Part shown: positions 61,479-64,000 of the stretch, piece by piece
Layout of the letters: each line of letters opens with the position of its first letter
Numbering within the stretch: the first letter of the stretch is position 1
Assembly (NCBI GenBank): GCA_000320545.1
Contig: ADNK01001417.1
Coordinates: 2,535-66,534, forward strand
DNA: 64,000 bases
Source of the DNA: Bigelowiella natans CCMP2755
Lineage: Eukaryota; Protista; Cercozoa
Direction of reading: 5' to 3'
Notes under the pieces: model-generated
Seen by the model: the letters and a program-made list of their open reading frames with translations, nothing else
Database searches by the model: none
Told to the model about the DNA's origin: nothing
Made by a program: the position numbers and the translations under genes

Positions 61479-63061
61479 GCATCATCATCATCATCATCAA
61501 AATGAGCATCATGCATCGCATTACAACCTCTGTTCTTGGTCGATAAGCCGAGACAGCTTGGTGTGCATCGACTTCGTTTGTCCCATGAGAACCCTGATGC
61601 CCTTCTCTACCTTCAATTGATCCTCCTTATCCTGATATATCACATGACAATAGATGAAATAAGTTAGGCTGCCTTCTCATTCTCATTATACGACGTCCAA
61701 ATGGCGAATAATACACGAATAAACACGTATGAAAGCCGGATCGTAGATGTTCAGGGATGTATCGTCACATATTTCTCTCCTGCATGTGTTTAGAATAATA
61801 ATTATATAAAATAATAATTATTATTATTATTGTTGAGTCTATACTCATAATAACTTTTTTCTTCTTCCAAAATTCCCTGATTATAACTGCATCATTCTTC
61901 AACTACCTCAGCAGACGAATTAGTCCACCTCACGTCCTTCTAATATGATGATCGAACAACAAAGGAAACAACAACTTCGTTCAAGGAGGAGAAGAAGATG
62001 ATGAAGACGATCATAGTGATAATAGTAGGCTGAGTAAAATGGCGCTACTACTAAGAAAGGGGAGGTCTACAAAGAGTGAATAGAGTGAGAGGTAGTCGTT
62101 GGTGTTACTGTTGTTGTAGTAGCAATAGAGTAGGTTGTGCTATGACATGTTATATTTATTTACGCCCAAGTTTTTCTCAAATATCTGAGATTTCTTGCCT
62201 CCCCCGCCTCTACCCTTTCCTCCCTCCTTTTTCTAAATCTTGTTCTCACTCCTGTTGCTTCTATTGTTACCAGCCTTCCTTCTGCCAATTGATTGATGAT
62301 ATCCACCAATTTCTTGAAAATCTCCTCCTGGTGCTGCTTGAACTCGAGGCTTACCTATTATAATTATCAATGATAAATGATGAATGATGACAAATGATGA
62401 TGATGATGATGATGATGGGTTTCAGCGATACGTAACCGCCATACAGAGACATGTACCATAACCCCTCCCACCCGGTGGTCAGGGAAAGCATTTAAGGCAA
62501 CATTGACGCACATATTGGGGTAAGAAATAATTCAAACTTCTTATTTCTGATAGATTCTCTCTCTCTCTCTCTCCCCCCCCTTCTCTCTCTCTCTCTCTCT
62601 CCCTCCCTCCCCCCCCTCCCCCCGCTGCCTTGCTTCCTCCCTCTCCCCATCCATTTTGATTAATATTTCACGACGTTCTTGAAATTGCCCAGCAGAACTT
62701 GATGCTTAGAGGGCAGATGCGAAGCTAACGCCGACCGAATAACTGGGACCTGTTCGAGACATGCGACAAGGAACAACGTCAACATGCAACACATGAGGGG
62801 CAGCAGCAGCAGGCTACTGGCGAGACTGTCAATAATGAAGAGGATGGTGACACCGACGATGATAATGATTATGCTGATGAGAAATGTCTACTACAAACAC
62901 CACCTGGGAGATGACTAACCCCAAGCTCTGTGAGGCCAAAGCAAGATGTGTTACATTGATGTTCTTCAATCTACCACCAGTGTGTAAAGCAATGCATGCA
63001 GTGTGTGAATGAACGGTTGCCAGGCCATTTGCGAGAAGCAAACACACAACGAAAGCGATTT

Positions 63062-63092
<31 letters not shown>

Positions 63093-64000
63093 CGACCGTA
63101 TGATGCAACCGTTGAGCCGAAACGAGGAGAGATGTATTAATAATATGTTATATATCCATGAAACGATGATGCTTATTACTACTACTACTACTACTACTAC
63201 CCCAACCACCATTCACTACCCACCCTGCTGTCTGCATGGCCCTTGCCCCGAGGACAAGCTGACACGTCTTAGAGTTGAACAATCGCAGCAGAGCCTCTAA
63301 CTTGGTTAAAATATCCGAACCCACGACCTTAATCACGACGATGAGTAGACCAACAAGAAAAACAATAACAAGAAAAGAGGGAAAATATATCATAATCACA
63401 TGAGGGCTAAGAGGAGGAGGAGGCCAAATTAAGTGAGGAGGAGTGAAATAAATCAACTGTTAGAAGAAGAATCCGAACAGTATATCAGTATTCAAGCAGC
63501 AAACTCGCCGCCATCATCATAATTTCCACAATGAACGACGATATCTATCCGCGCCAACACCTTTAACTCCGCAGCACACTCGATGTAACGACTGATCATC
63601 TTGAGTAGGATGAGAGTACTCGATACGAGAGAGAACTTGAGGAACAACCCACTGTGGACTCCATTCTGTCCATGCACAGCGAAGAAGATGACTCTTGATA
63701 TCTTCGATTCCACACCGTCCTCTCGCCTTACGGACTGAATCCTACGCTTAAATCCACCATCAATAAGGTCTTGGAACTCACGTGGCACGTCGGCCTGCTT
63801 CCACTGTTCTCCCTCCAAGCAAAGATTGAGCTGGTTGACATTCTTCGTATGAAATTCCTAGTAGCATTGTGAGCAGATATTGCTTACACTTGATAATGAT
63901 GATGATGATGATGATGGTAGTGGTGGTGGTGGTGATGATGATTATTAGAATGCTACTACGGATCTCCGCTATGCGCTATCGAACCGCCCCCCCCCCCCCA
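61037..64000 (-). CDS. VPS54: GARP complex subunit VPS54, 3' part
   Basis: LLRLFNSKTCQLVLGARAMQTAG|RLKNINVTHLALASQSL is the Vps54 domain signature; last exon ...DLEQFVV*. Confidence 0.88.

Overview
Gene-dense, intron-rich eukaryotic nuclear DNA, most likely a chlorarachniophyte (Bigelowiella-like). That assignment is an inference from a plastid-targeted, gammaproteobacterial-type ribulose-phosphate 3-epimerase with a signal plus transit-like leader. I can support 18 protein-coding loci: DUF218/YOR238W-like, mitochondrial carrier, RPL37A, RPE, UTP21, RPL35A, RRP8, a coiled-coil/SCAB-Ig-PH/muniscin-MHD protein, LSM14, a hypothetical protein, an ankyrin-repeat protein, CWC21, CHMP1, NCAPH2, a LisH-ALDH fusion, GAPDH, a disrupted tandem GTPase and VPS54. 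The main result is architectural. Genes alternate strand almost perfectly (16 of 17 junctions) and form head-to-head pairs around short shared promoters, most of which carry a TGTCGCA motif. Every tail-to-tail junction holds a 0.4-0.9 kb island rich in CTAG/AGCT/GCATGC/TGCA, and several islands carry copies of one ~55-bp element. The single break in alternation coincides with a longer island that is almost free of TpA. Exon boundaries and counts were made by eye and island limits are approximate. No RNA genes, CRISPR arrays or autonomous transposons were recognised.
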